A stretch of DNA of 40,696 bases from Trichomonas gallinae (lineage: Eukaryota): contig MRSU01002597.1 of NCBI GenBank assembly GCA_008369845.1, positions 1 to 40,696 of the forward strand. The letters are read 5' to 3'. The notes under the pieces were generated by a model that worked only from the letters and a program-made list of their open reading frames with translations, ran no database searches and was not told the DNA's origin. Below are positions 1 through 9,600 of this stretch, in pieces. How positions within the stretch are numbered: position 1 is the first letter of the stretch; each line of letters starts with the position of its first letter. The translations under genes were made by a program, and so were the position numbers.

Positions 1-37
<37 letters not shown>
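1..37. repeat. poly-A homopolymer at window start
   Basis: 37 consecutive A's; probably an assembly/contig edge. Confidence 0.95.
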
Positions 38-39
<2 letters not shown>

Positions 40-103
40 ATGGCAAAATTATAAAATTTTGGTGGGAAAATTATGAAAATTTTTTATTAATAATAAATAT
101 GCA

Positions 104-395
104 TGAAATCTAATAATGAGTAATAATTAAGTTCAAAAATTTTAAATTTATCATGATTTACTCGCAACTTAGATTCCCATCTCTCATGAAATGGAAATTA
201 GCTTTACTCTCTCATATATCGAGTAATGATTGAGTTCAAATGAACCAACATCTCTCATGAATTAGAAAAAGGATCATTAGAAATTAGAAAAAATGATGAA
301 ATCTAAGAATGAGTAATTTATGAGCTCAATATGAAATTAGATTTACTCTCTCTTACAACGAATCAGATTGAAGTTGAACTTTCCTCATGAATTGG
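104..395. repeat. degenerate dispersed repeat (TTTACTC / CTCATGAA / ATGAAATCTAA-GAGTAAT units)
   Basis: ATGAAATCTAA.AATGAGTAAT at 104 and 296; TTTACTC...CTCATGAA blocks at ~157, ~203 and ~342. Confidence 0.5.
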
Positions 396-805
396 AAGGA
401 GTACAATCGAAGATAAACACAATTTCAAATTGAGATTTAGCTATGTGTTTTTCAATAATTATTGGGAAAGTTGTCGCGACTTTGATGATGAAATATTCTA
501 ATAATACAGTGATTTTTCATTGGTTTTCGATAATATGCCTAATGTTTTGAAATTTATAGAAAGAAAATCAAATCATGAAAATCTAAAACTGTTAAAATGA
601 TTTCCTAATATGTATGATGTTTGGAATTTAGTATACTATCATGTTTACCCACTAGGTTAGTTCATTTCTAATCACATAAGCTAGTTGACTTCAATTATTA
701 GTCTGGTGGATTTTTGACAAATCAAAATTAAGAAACATGGTCAGCATATATAGTACATCATGATTAAATCGAAATTTTATTTGGCCAAATAAAAAATCAG
801 AAAAA

Positions 806-1813
806 ATGTTGTCCTTCTTTTTCGCGTCAGTGCTTTCATATTCTCCGCACGTGAAACACCTCAATGCCCCGGCCTTCAGAGATTTTGTCGTGAACAGGAA
901 GGGCTCTGAGATCTGGGTTGTTTTATTCGTTGGAAGATATGTTAATCAAGAGAATATTGACGAGAAAAACTTCGTTGCAATTGAAGAAATCGAAAAGGCC
1001 GCAAATCAATCATACAAATTCTGTAATTACGGTATAGTTAATATCACGCAAGATCCATTCCTTGCTGCAAGGAACCAAATTCAATATATTCCATGCATAC
1101 ATATTTACTTCCAGGGTGGTATGGAAGAATATCGTGGAAATCACAAAGCAGACGCGTATTTGGAAGCTGTTAGCAACAGAATGCCAAATTTAGTCCGCAA
1201 CTTCGATAGAAAGTGGGTAGATGATAGTGTCCCATCAGTTGTACTGTTTACAGATCAAATTAAGAGCCCAACACTTTGGTCTGTATTATCAATCGAATAT
1301 AAGGACGCATTCGTTAGATTTGGAATCTGCTCTGACTTTTACATGCATAGACAATACAACATCGCGCGCCTTCCAACAGTTATGTACTTTAATTCGACAT
1401 TTCAATTTCGTTACAAAGGAGAATTAACGGAAGTAAACCTCAAGACATCAATCGATCAATTCCTTAATGGAACTATTAACACAGACGATGATTTCGATGA
1501 CGAAGGCTTTTATCATTTCTCCGAATTTAAAGATCAATGCTATGGACGCGATTTTTGCGTGCTCTCAACATTCTCGAACATATCAGATACCCTTCGCGAG
1601 ATCAGACTCAACAGTCGTCGCCATCCAATGAAATTCTTCTACGGAGCTTCAGATTTTCCACTTAAGGTCATCAAAGCTGGCAAGTTCTATATCTGGAAGC
1701 CGCGTGGACATGGTTTGATCACTGTTGATTATTTGGAAGAATTATCTCCTGCTATTGATCGCGTCCTTGATGGTGGTGCACGTTTCAAGAGACTGAAGGA
1801 AGATGAATTGTAA
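806..1813 (+). CDS. ER-resident thioredoxin/PDI-like fold protein lacking CXXC
   Basis: N-terminal hydrophobic signal peptide; two thioredoxin-like segments (WVVLF...IQYIPCIHIY; YNIARLPTVMYF...YKG); C-terminal EDEL retention signal. Confidence 0.7.
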   Translation: MLSFFFASVLSYSPHVKHLNAPAFRDFVVNRKGSEIWVVLFVGRYVNQENIDEKNFVAIEEIEKAANQSYKFCNYGIVNITQDPFLAARNQIQYIPCIHIYFQGGMEEYRGNHKADAYLEAVSNRMPNLVRNFDRKWVDDSVPSVVLFTDQIKSPTLWSVLSIEYKDAFVRFGICSDFYMHRQYNIARLPTVMYFNSTFQFRYKGELTEVNLKTSIDQFLNGTINTDDDFDDEGFYHFSEFKDQCYGRDFCVLSTFSNISDTLREIRLNSRRHPMKFFYGASDFPLKVIKAGKFYIWKPRGHGLITVDYLEELSPAIDRVLDGGARFKRLKEDEL

Positions 1814-2150
1814 AATATCGTTTTATGAATCCAATTTCTAAAAAATTTAATATTTAGTTTTTGAAAAACATCATTTTTAGTCATATTTCATGCTTAATCT
1901 CATTATTATTTTGATGGATTGACGAAAATTTATCATATTAAATTTTGATAAAATTAATAATTAGATTTTGGAAGTCTAATAAGATATTAAACTATACACT
2001 TTGCCAATATATGAAAATAAATAGCAAATATTTTTGATGAATCTATAAAATAATAGATTTGAGAAAATATCTAGGAAATATTATATTGTTCTCGATGTAC
2101 AACGGGCTTAAATGATTGGTTTCTTAATTTGTTCTGGTTTTAACATGAAA

Positions 2151-2975
2151 TTATTTTGATTGAGAAGAAATTTTGTTTTCTTCTTGTTTTGTGAAATCAG
2201 CAGGTGAAAAGAAGCTTGAAAACTCATCCCAAAGTTCATCAAAATTATCGGAATATTTGATTTGAGATTTTTTCGATAAATTTTTCTTCATTTGTTCCAA
2301 TTCTTTTACAACAAGTGACGAATGATCATATGCCGAGAGTGTCTGATCTATTGCATCTGTCGAAGGAGGTTGTTTTTTAAATTCTTTCAAACAAAGAGCC
2401 GTATCATCATCTGTCCAGTTCACTTGGCATGACAGAGATGTTAGAAATATATTAATGGCATTAGTTTGCCGATCTGGCGAATTAAAAATCTCGATCCATT
2501 GTTTTGCTTTTAATCGACGAAATGTTGACGTTTGTGCGAATAATGGATAGTAGTAAGCTAGGAAATTTCTGCTTTGCCTTTGTAATTCGATTGTTTTAGA
2601 TTCGAGAGAATTAAATGCATCGCGTATGTACTTCAAAAATAATGAAAATATCGCTGTTACTTCGATTATTTTAGGAATTTTGAGTTCAAGTGCAAGAAGA
2701 TGAATCATTTCATAATTATCTTCTTTTAAATTTATCAATTGATCATTTTCGATATAATTGTGTACGATTTTAATATATTCTCCATTCTCTATTTTGAGTT
2801 CCGTTGATGATAAAGGCAAATTTCTTACTAAAATTGAATATGCACTTAATCTATAGCGGGTGAATGTATATTTATCATCTCTGAAGATAATATTGAAATC
2901 ACCTTGTTTATTGGACGGCAATATTGTTTTCAAAGGTGATACTAATCTATTGATAGATGATGATCCAGTATTCAT
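2151..2975 (-). CDS. hypothetical protein, possible N-terminal BTB/POZ-like domain
   Basis: 274-aa ATG-initiated ORF; N-terminal pattern DFNIIF..KY.F.R..LSAYS..V resembles BTB starts (weak). Confidence 0.65.
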   Translation of the reverse strand: MNTGSSSINRLVSPLKTILPSNKQGDFNIIFRDDKYTFTRYRLSAYSILVRNLPLSSTELKIENGEYIKIVHNYIENDQLINLKEDNYEMIHLLALELKIPKIIEVTAIFSLFLKYIRDAFNSLESKTIELQRQSRNFLAYYYPLFAQTSTFRRLKAKQWIEIFNSPDRQTNAINIFLTSLSCQVNWTDDDTALCLKEFKKQPPSTDAIDQTLSAYDHSSLVVKELEQMKKNLSKKSQIKYSDNFDELWDEFSSFFSPADFTKQEENKISSQSK

Positions 2976-3293
2976 CTTTCAACAAAAATGACAAATTTGG
3001 TCTGAATTATTCGTTTAACTCGTTATATTGAACAATAATGCGATTTTGAGTATCTAATTATTGACAAAACAAAATAAACTATAGAACATTTATTTACCAA
3101 AGATTCAAGCTCTGAAAAGGTATTTTCACGTGTTAGTACACCTTTACAATAAATATTAAACAAAAAAGATTTATAACATAAAATTAAAAAAAAAAAGATA
3201 AAATAACAGGATAGTTTTCTAAACATCGATTTTCTGCAGCTTCAGCAAAGTTCCAAAACCGCTAAAAGCCTCATAAAATAAAATAATAAGATT

Positions 3294-5465
3294 TCATGTA
3301 ATATTATCTGAAGATGACAGCTTGTAATTAGTATTAAAGCTGATAATTGATGTAGATCCGGAATCAGATTCTCCAATTCCCATAATATCAGCTTCAGGAA
3401 TAATTAATTTGGTCTGCAACTCATTAAACTTGGCCATAAGAGGAGTTGTCTTACCAGAATCTCCATGTGGAAGACTCTTTATCAAATCTATAAATATTCC
3501 GTAAAATGCATTCCAATTCGTTAGCATGTCATCATCTCTTAAAGATTCGAACTCTGGGTTCTTCATTATATATTTATCCGACATCAAAACGATCAAAGGA
3601 ATTTTCGTGCAATTCGAAATAATCAAAGCTTTCTCAGGAATCGTTTCATCATATTCTCTTATCAATCTGAGCTTTTTGATGATGATCATCAGCAGCTCAA
3701 ATTGCCTTGATGAAGGAACATTTGTTAATGATCTCAATTCTTCAACGCAAACCCAAAAGTTGTACTTGAGAGTGTTGTTCATTCTGTCTAGCTTCTCCGT
3801 CTGCATGTCTTCCATGAATATTTTTATATGGTTTTCCCACATTTTTTCAAGATCTGAAAATTCATTCGAATATTTTTCGAGCTCATTCTTGAAATATTTA
3901 GCTAAAAGAGTGCAAAACTGCAGACGCTTCAGTTCTGTACTCAGAAAATACTTTGAACACTTGATATATGGCTTGAAAAAGTTTGTTGGGTCAATTTTCA
4001 TGGCAGACTTAGCTGCATTGAGTGCCATTGGTGTCATAAGCACTACTTGGCGCTTTTGGTCGATTTTGTTAAGCGTAGAAAGCTCGTCAAGATAAACTGT
4101 GAAATTTAATAATGATTCGAAGTTTTTCGCTTGATCTATCATTTCATTTATTGATAAATCAAATGCGTACTGTTGAAAATCGTGACTCCGAGTCAAATCT
4201 GTTAAAATTGCAGATTTTGATTTTGTTGATTCATTGATTAAAACGTCAAAAACTGTTCTTTCTTGTAGTGTTTTGTTTGTGAAGATTTTTCTATATATTC
4301 TATCATATGTAGGATTCGATTGAACTTCAATTTTTGTGAAATCTGTAAAAATTAATGGTTTTAAGTAAACTTTTGGCGGTCTGCTGTATTTTCTGTTATA
4401 TATTCTAATAATGTATGGCGAAAATCGCTTCTCTAGCGGAAAATTTTCGTATTTCACGTCTGTTAATGAAATCGGGAGTTTGTTCTGGGTAGAATAGCAA
4501 ATGGCAGCAACCATGATGTCAGCCGCAGATATGAATACTTGCACGTAATCAAGGTTAAAGCATTTGTAAGTATTCGGAATTTCGATTTTTGATTCAACTT
4601 CGAGAAATTTTCTGAAAATATCGCGGATTTGTTTAACGTTTGTAACAGCTTCTGTCAAAACTTGCTGAAAAACGCCAACTCTCGTTGAATAATATGAAGA
4701 TGCGACCCATGTAACAGCTAAATGCGAGAAGAAGTGGTTAAAAAATAAAGCAATCAAGTCTCTTAGTGTCCACTTCGATTGTACGATGAATTGAAATAAC
4801 GCTAGTATTGGTCTAGGCAGTAAATGCATGTGATGTTGAATCGAATTTAAAATATCAACGCCGAATTGTTTAATTAAGTCTTTCTTGCGTTTTTGGTCAT
4901 CCAATCTCGAGTCCACACCAAATTGAGAACCAAAATCAGTCATAACAGCTTCAATGAATTGAAATGTGCTCAACGAGCAGAAAAGAGGCTGTATGATTGC
5001 TGATGCTATATTCGGTGGGGCTATGTTAATAACTTCCTGATAGAAAATCAGGCTTCTTTCGATGTGTTCTAAACTTGTAAAAAATCCGTAAAAAGCAGGA
5101 ACAACGGAGTAGATTACGTAGTGGAAATCCTGCTGTCCGTACCTATTTACGACGACATTTGCGAATAATTCTGGTTTTGAATAAATGAAATTAACGAATA
5201 ATGAAGAATGTTGAATAAATTGAGGCGTGACGTCTTTTGTTTGAAGAATTGGCGGACAAAGGATGTAATTCAGTATTTGGCTCCTCTCAGGAATGATTCC
5301 AGTCAAATAAGTATTAGAGGCGAGGAGCGGCAATAAATTTATTGTCCTTTCTCTGTAGAATATGTCTTGTCTCACTTTATCTGCATTCTCAAGGCACTGC
5401 TGTAGATGCATGTTGACAGAAGTAGGCAGGTGGTCCTGATAAAAATGCAGTAATTTCTCATCCAT
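3294..5465 (-). CDS. large helical hypothetical protein, possibly degenerate RasGAP-like + VPS9-like architecture
   Basis: 723-aa ORF from first in-frame ATG at 5465 (ORF-track start 5474 is TTG); segments LLPRPILALF..FFNHFF and CVEELRSL..VPSSRQFELL loosely recall GAPVD1-type domains. The CDS is solid, the product is speculative. Confidence 0.75.
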   Translation of the reverse strand: MDEKLLHFYQDHLPTSVNMHLQQCLENADKVRQDIFYRERTINLLPLLASNTYLTGIIPERSQILNYILCPPILQTKDVTPQFIQHSSLFVNFIYSKPELFANVVVNRYGQQDFHYVIYSVVPAFYGFFTSLEHIERSLIFYQEVINIAPPNIASAIIQPLFCSLSTFQFIEAVMTDFGSQFGVDSRLDDQKRKKDLIKQFGVDILNSIQHHMHLLPRPILALFQFIVQSKWTLRDLIALFFNHFFSHLAVTWVASSYYSTRVGVFQQVLTEAVTNVKQIRDIFRKFLEVESKIEIPNTYKCFNLDYVQVFISAADIMVAAICYSTQNKLPISLTDVKYENFPLEKRFSPYIIRIYNRKYSRPPKVYLKPLIFTDFTKIEVQSNPTYDRIYRKIFTNKTLQERTVFDVLINESTKSKSAILTDLTRSHDFQQYAFDLSINEMIDQAKNFESLLNFTVYLDELSTLNKIDQKRQVVLMTPMALNAAKSAMKIDPTNFFKPYIKCSKYFLSTELKRLQFCTLLAKYFKNELEKYSNEFSDLEKMWENHIKIFMEDMQTEKLDRMNNTLKYNFWVCVEELRSLTNVPSSRQFELLMIIIKKLRLIREYDETIPEKALIISNCTKIPLIVLMSDKYIMKNPEFESLRDDDMLTNWNAFYGIFIDLIKSLPHGDSGKTTPLMAKFNELQTKLIIPEADIMGIGESDSGSTSIISFNTNYKLSSSDNIT

Positions 5466-5710
5466 TGTTTTCAAAACATATGATTCCGAAAAAAGTGTCA
5501 GATTGACATTTAACCTTATAATTCAATAATAAGGTTAAATCGTTTTCATTGTATTCGCTCGTCATCTCATATCTATTTAATCCATTTCTGATCACCTCAA
5601 TGAAACTATTCTCTAAAACTGTAATTAAACCAACCATGCATGGATCTGATTGCGAAATTAAATTTCTGACACGTAAATCTGACCTTTCAAAATTCTGTCA
5701 AAATTTTTAT

Positions 5711-6035
5711 TATTGCAGGATCCGAAAAAATAAAACAGGGATGAGAACTTCAAAATATGCAGGGTTAGAAAAAATAAATCGGGGATTTTATTTATTTTTT
5801 TTTTTTCTATAAAAATATACAGGGCGTGAAATTTTAAAATAGGGAGAATGAATTTAAAAAATATACAAGGTCTATGGCTCATATATTGGAAGGTGTGAGG
5901 AGTTGGAAAAAATCAGGCCTTTAAATATGATGGCGCCGCTGAGCTTTCGGAATTATTTCCATATTATGCAGGGTCTGGAAAATTAAAACAGGGAAACATT
6001 CTCAAAATATGCAGGGGTAGAAAAATAAATTAGGG
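5711..6035 (+). repeat. imperfect ~45-nt repeat array (TATRCAGGG...TAAAAYAGGGA) between divergent genes
   Basis: ~74-bp blocks 5711-5784 and 5962-6035 are close copies; a third degenerate block lies at ~5815-5872. Confidence 0.75.
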
Positions 6036-6046
6036 GTGTGTTAAAA

Positions 6047-6421
6047 ATGGAAGTTGTTGGCTCTTTTGAATATAAAGGATTCCACATTGACTGGATCAAT
6101 GCTATTTCAAAAGTTGGCTACGTTAAAGTTATCAATGCATCTGAAAAAGAGACAGATAACGTTCAAATGTGGCTTATCGCGCAAGATATTGGAAATTTCT
6201 TTCGAAATTGCGATTTAATTAAGTCGGAAGATAATGCATTTCATTCTCTACAGAGATCCGGTGATTTAGACAACATTTGCATTTTCCCAAGATATGCAAA
6301 TGATTATCCAGACAACAATCAAACATACAACATATCTGAAAGTGATACACAACCTGCAACATCCACAAAAGAAATCATTTTACCATTAATTGACCTGCTC
6401 AAAAAGCATTTATCAATTTAA
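6047..6421 (+). CDS. small hypothetical protein, possible degenerate HIT/Fhit-like fold
   Basis: 124-aa ORF from ATG 6047; ICIFPRYANDYPDNNQTY parallels Fhit VHVLPRKAGDFHRNDSIY, but the histidine triad is absent. Confidence 0.6.
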   Translation: MEVVGSFEYKGFHIDWINAISKVGYVKVINASEKETDNVQMWLIAQDIGNFFRNCDLIKSEDNAFHSLQRSGDLDNICIFPRYANDYPDNNQTYNISESDTQPATSTKEIILPLIDLLKKHLSI

Positions 6422-6649
6422 TTTTAATCAATAGCACTAATTTCACGAGAATCAATAGCAGCAAGAATTATACTTTATAACTATCATCTATCTATTATAC
6501 TAAATTGTTAAATTATTTTATCCACAATTTATATTCATAATTCATTTGAGATTTTGATTTTTGATAATATTAATTGCCATTCTAAAAAAGAATATGTGAA
6601 ATAGTTGTGATTTTGAAAAATATAAACTTTAATCTTTAGAAATTCAAAA

Positions 6650-9600
6650 CTATCCGACGAGTTTAATAGCTTTGATGATACCATTAAGTGATCTGCTGAT
6701 GATCTTAGAGAGTTTCTGGTCACCAATCTTCTCGAACTTGAACTTCTTGGCTGTTTCAGTATAATCGACGCCCGAGTCTGGAATGGACATGAACATTGCT
6801 GAGATTGTTGCGAACAAATCCAACTCTTCGATTAGGATAACGTTTGAGTCGATCATCTTCCAGCACCTTGACACGACATTCGTCTTGAATGGCTTGAAGA
6901 ACGGCGGGAATTTCTGCGCACCGTATGTAAGGATCTCCGCAATTCTGTGCGTGTAGTTCTTGCACGCGCCATCTGTGATGCAGTTGGACATGTAGGCTGC
7001 AATATATACCTGATCGAGTTCTCTTCTCTGCTCGAAGTTCTCGAAGATGATATCCGCAGGAGTTTTCTGCTCTGTGAAGCATGAGCAGATCGGGAGGATG
7101 TCGAGATCTGTGTAGGCGATGAGTGGCATCACGAAATGCGTTGCGAGGAACGGCCTGTCTTTGAGTGCGTTGATGCACGTCTTCGCGATTGCAATAGCTG
7201 CTTCTTGCGTCTCCTGGCTCTCGAAGCCTCTGCTCAATGCTTGAGAAAGAACATAGATGAACGGATTCTCAGGATCTGAGCCAAATGATGCTCTGAATTC
7301 GTCAAGAGTCTTAGTCAACTGTGCTGAAATATATGTTGTCGTCTCAATACCACCGATGTTCTTGAAGTCGCCGTGATCATAAGCGAACTGGATGCAGACG
7401 TTCAAGAGCTTAAGTGCAGAGTTTCTCAGCTGAATGTTGAGAACGCATGTCGAATACAAAGCCGGCCAGACGAGTATGAGTGGAACAAGAGAGCTTGAAT
7501 CCATGTTCGGGATGATGGATGATAAAGTGTCGAAGCAGAGCTCCAATCTGAGGTGTCCTGGCTTGAGTTGGAAGAGAGAAGGAAGCAAATCGACAAACTT
7601 GTTGACAAAGTGTGTGTCGCGGTTGCCGTTCTGTACCATGGCGGCTGCCTTGATGTACCACATGTTTGGATTCTCTCCCGGCTCCTGAGAGTTGATGAAG
7701 GCCTCGTATCTTGCTTTCTCATGCGGTGAGAAGGCGTTGCAGAGGTCAGAGCCAGCAGAAATGAGCTGAGAAACAATCATCTCTCTGTGTCTCTCGAGGA
7801 GCTTCTCCATGACTTGGAATCTTGTGATGATTGAGCCGTTCTTCTCTGGATACTCTTTCTCAATGACCATGACTGTGGATCTCAAGAAAGTGATGATGTC
7901 GCTTGTATCCTTCTCGACGTGAACTGAGCCGAAGACAGACGAGAAAACGAGTGCGGCGATGTGGCCTTCGACGAACTTCGGGCAAGAGAATGGAAGATGC
8001 TTGAGAGCACCGAAGATTCTTGAGTGCTTGATTGGGTTTCCGTATGGATTTCTTCTGACTGTACCATCCAAGATCTTCTCGATCAACAAGTGGCCCATGT
8101 ACTCTGGATCTCTGTCTACGAACTGCTTGAAAACGTAACCAACGACGATCTTTGGGACTTTATTCCTGAGCAACTCAGCAACGGCGATTTCGATAGCTTC
8201 GCGTGCAGTGATCTTCGTCCAGAGGAATCTGTTGATCATGTAGCGGAGATTCTGAACATTGGAGTCTGTGTCCATCTCCTTCTCAGCGCTAGACACCGAT
8301 GCACGCTTTCCTTTCGACCTGCTGACGGATGATTCGTCTGTGTCTTTGATGGTATAGTTTCTCATGCACTTGATGACGTTGATAATGACTCTCGACAAAA
8401 TGACTTGGTTCTTCTCGCGGTTGAGGAAGATAACCAACAGCTCAAGCAGTGGAACGCATGATTCTGGGTTCTCAACCATGTAATCTGAGAGACGAGGAAC
8501 GACGTCTTCAAGCAGATTGGAGTTGATGAGCTCGTGGAAGAAAGCTTGATAAGTGGCAACTGGTCCAATCGGGAAGTAAGCATCCGGAGAGAACTTCGTG
8601 TTCTTAATCGCTGTCTCGAAGAGATGGATGGCTGATGTAACCATGGCGTTGTTCTTGAGTGAGATCAAGTGCAAGCCGAGGGCAGCGCATTCGCCTCTAA
8701 GTGACTTGGAGCAGTTGAGCTCGATCTCTGTAAGTGTGACTGGTGGTTTGAAGTTCTTCCAAGACATGATGGACTTGAATGCGTTGATGTAAAGATCTGG
8801 AGAAATTGTCTTCAGTCTCAAGATGTTGAATCTCTCTTCTGCCTTGTACTGGATAGTGATGCCACCTTCTTCTTGAATAATATCCTTGATTTCGGATATA
8901 TAAATCTCGTGGTATGTGGAGATGTTCTCGTTGAGGAGTTTCGGAGAAGTTGGGGCTTTCTGAGACTTGATGATCAATTCTGAGTCTGTGATGATCAATT
9001 TCGCGAAGTTGCCTGATGGAAGAGTGACAATACCATATGCGCGCGCTGTCTCCTCTGGAGCGAGTGCCCAGACAGGAAGAGTGATATGAGGATGGTCCTT
9101 GTACAATTCAGAAACATCTTCGCAGAGTTTGAATTTGTCGCCTAATTTAGAGAACTCGATCTTGCTGATGACATTGTAGTACAAAGTGGAAACACGTGTG
9201 AGATGTACATAAGTAATCTTGTCGGCGAAGTTTGACGGCAATTTGTCGAGGAAGTCTTTGAAGATAGACTGAATATATTCTGGGATTCTGTCGGCAAAAA
9301 CAACTAATTCGATTTTCTCGAATGCGCGAGTGCAGATGATCAAGTGCTCTGCAACTGTTGCAGCTGAGCACCTGTGGATCTTGGAGAGTCTCAATAAGAA
9401 GACTGGTGTGTTTTCGTTCGTGTATCCGGCGAATTCGATCCATCTGTGTTTCTGGAGATTCAATAGGTCGTGCGCTGAGATGTTCTCTGCTGTCTGGAGT
9501 GTCTGAGGGATGTGGATTGTGGATTTAGCTCTGCCAAGAACAGACAAGACAACTTCTCTGTCGTAGTCGAATGTCGGAATGTCAACGTGAGCAATGATAG

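Noticed and set aside
3130..3137. ACTAACAC on the minus strand, resembling the trichomonad intron branch motif
   Set aside because: Followed by GTG rather than ACAG, so there is no acceptor; it lies in intergenic DNA
5711..6035. CRISPR-like interpretation of the CAGGG repeats
   Set aside because: Repeats are degenerate and irregularly spaced, no cas genes, eukaryotic context
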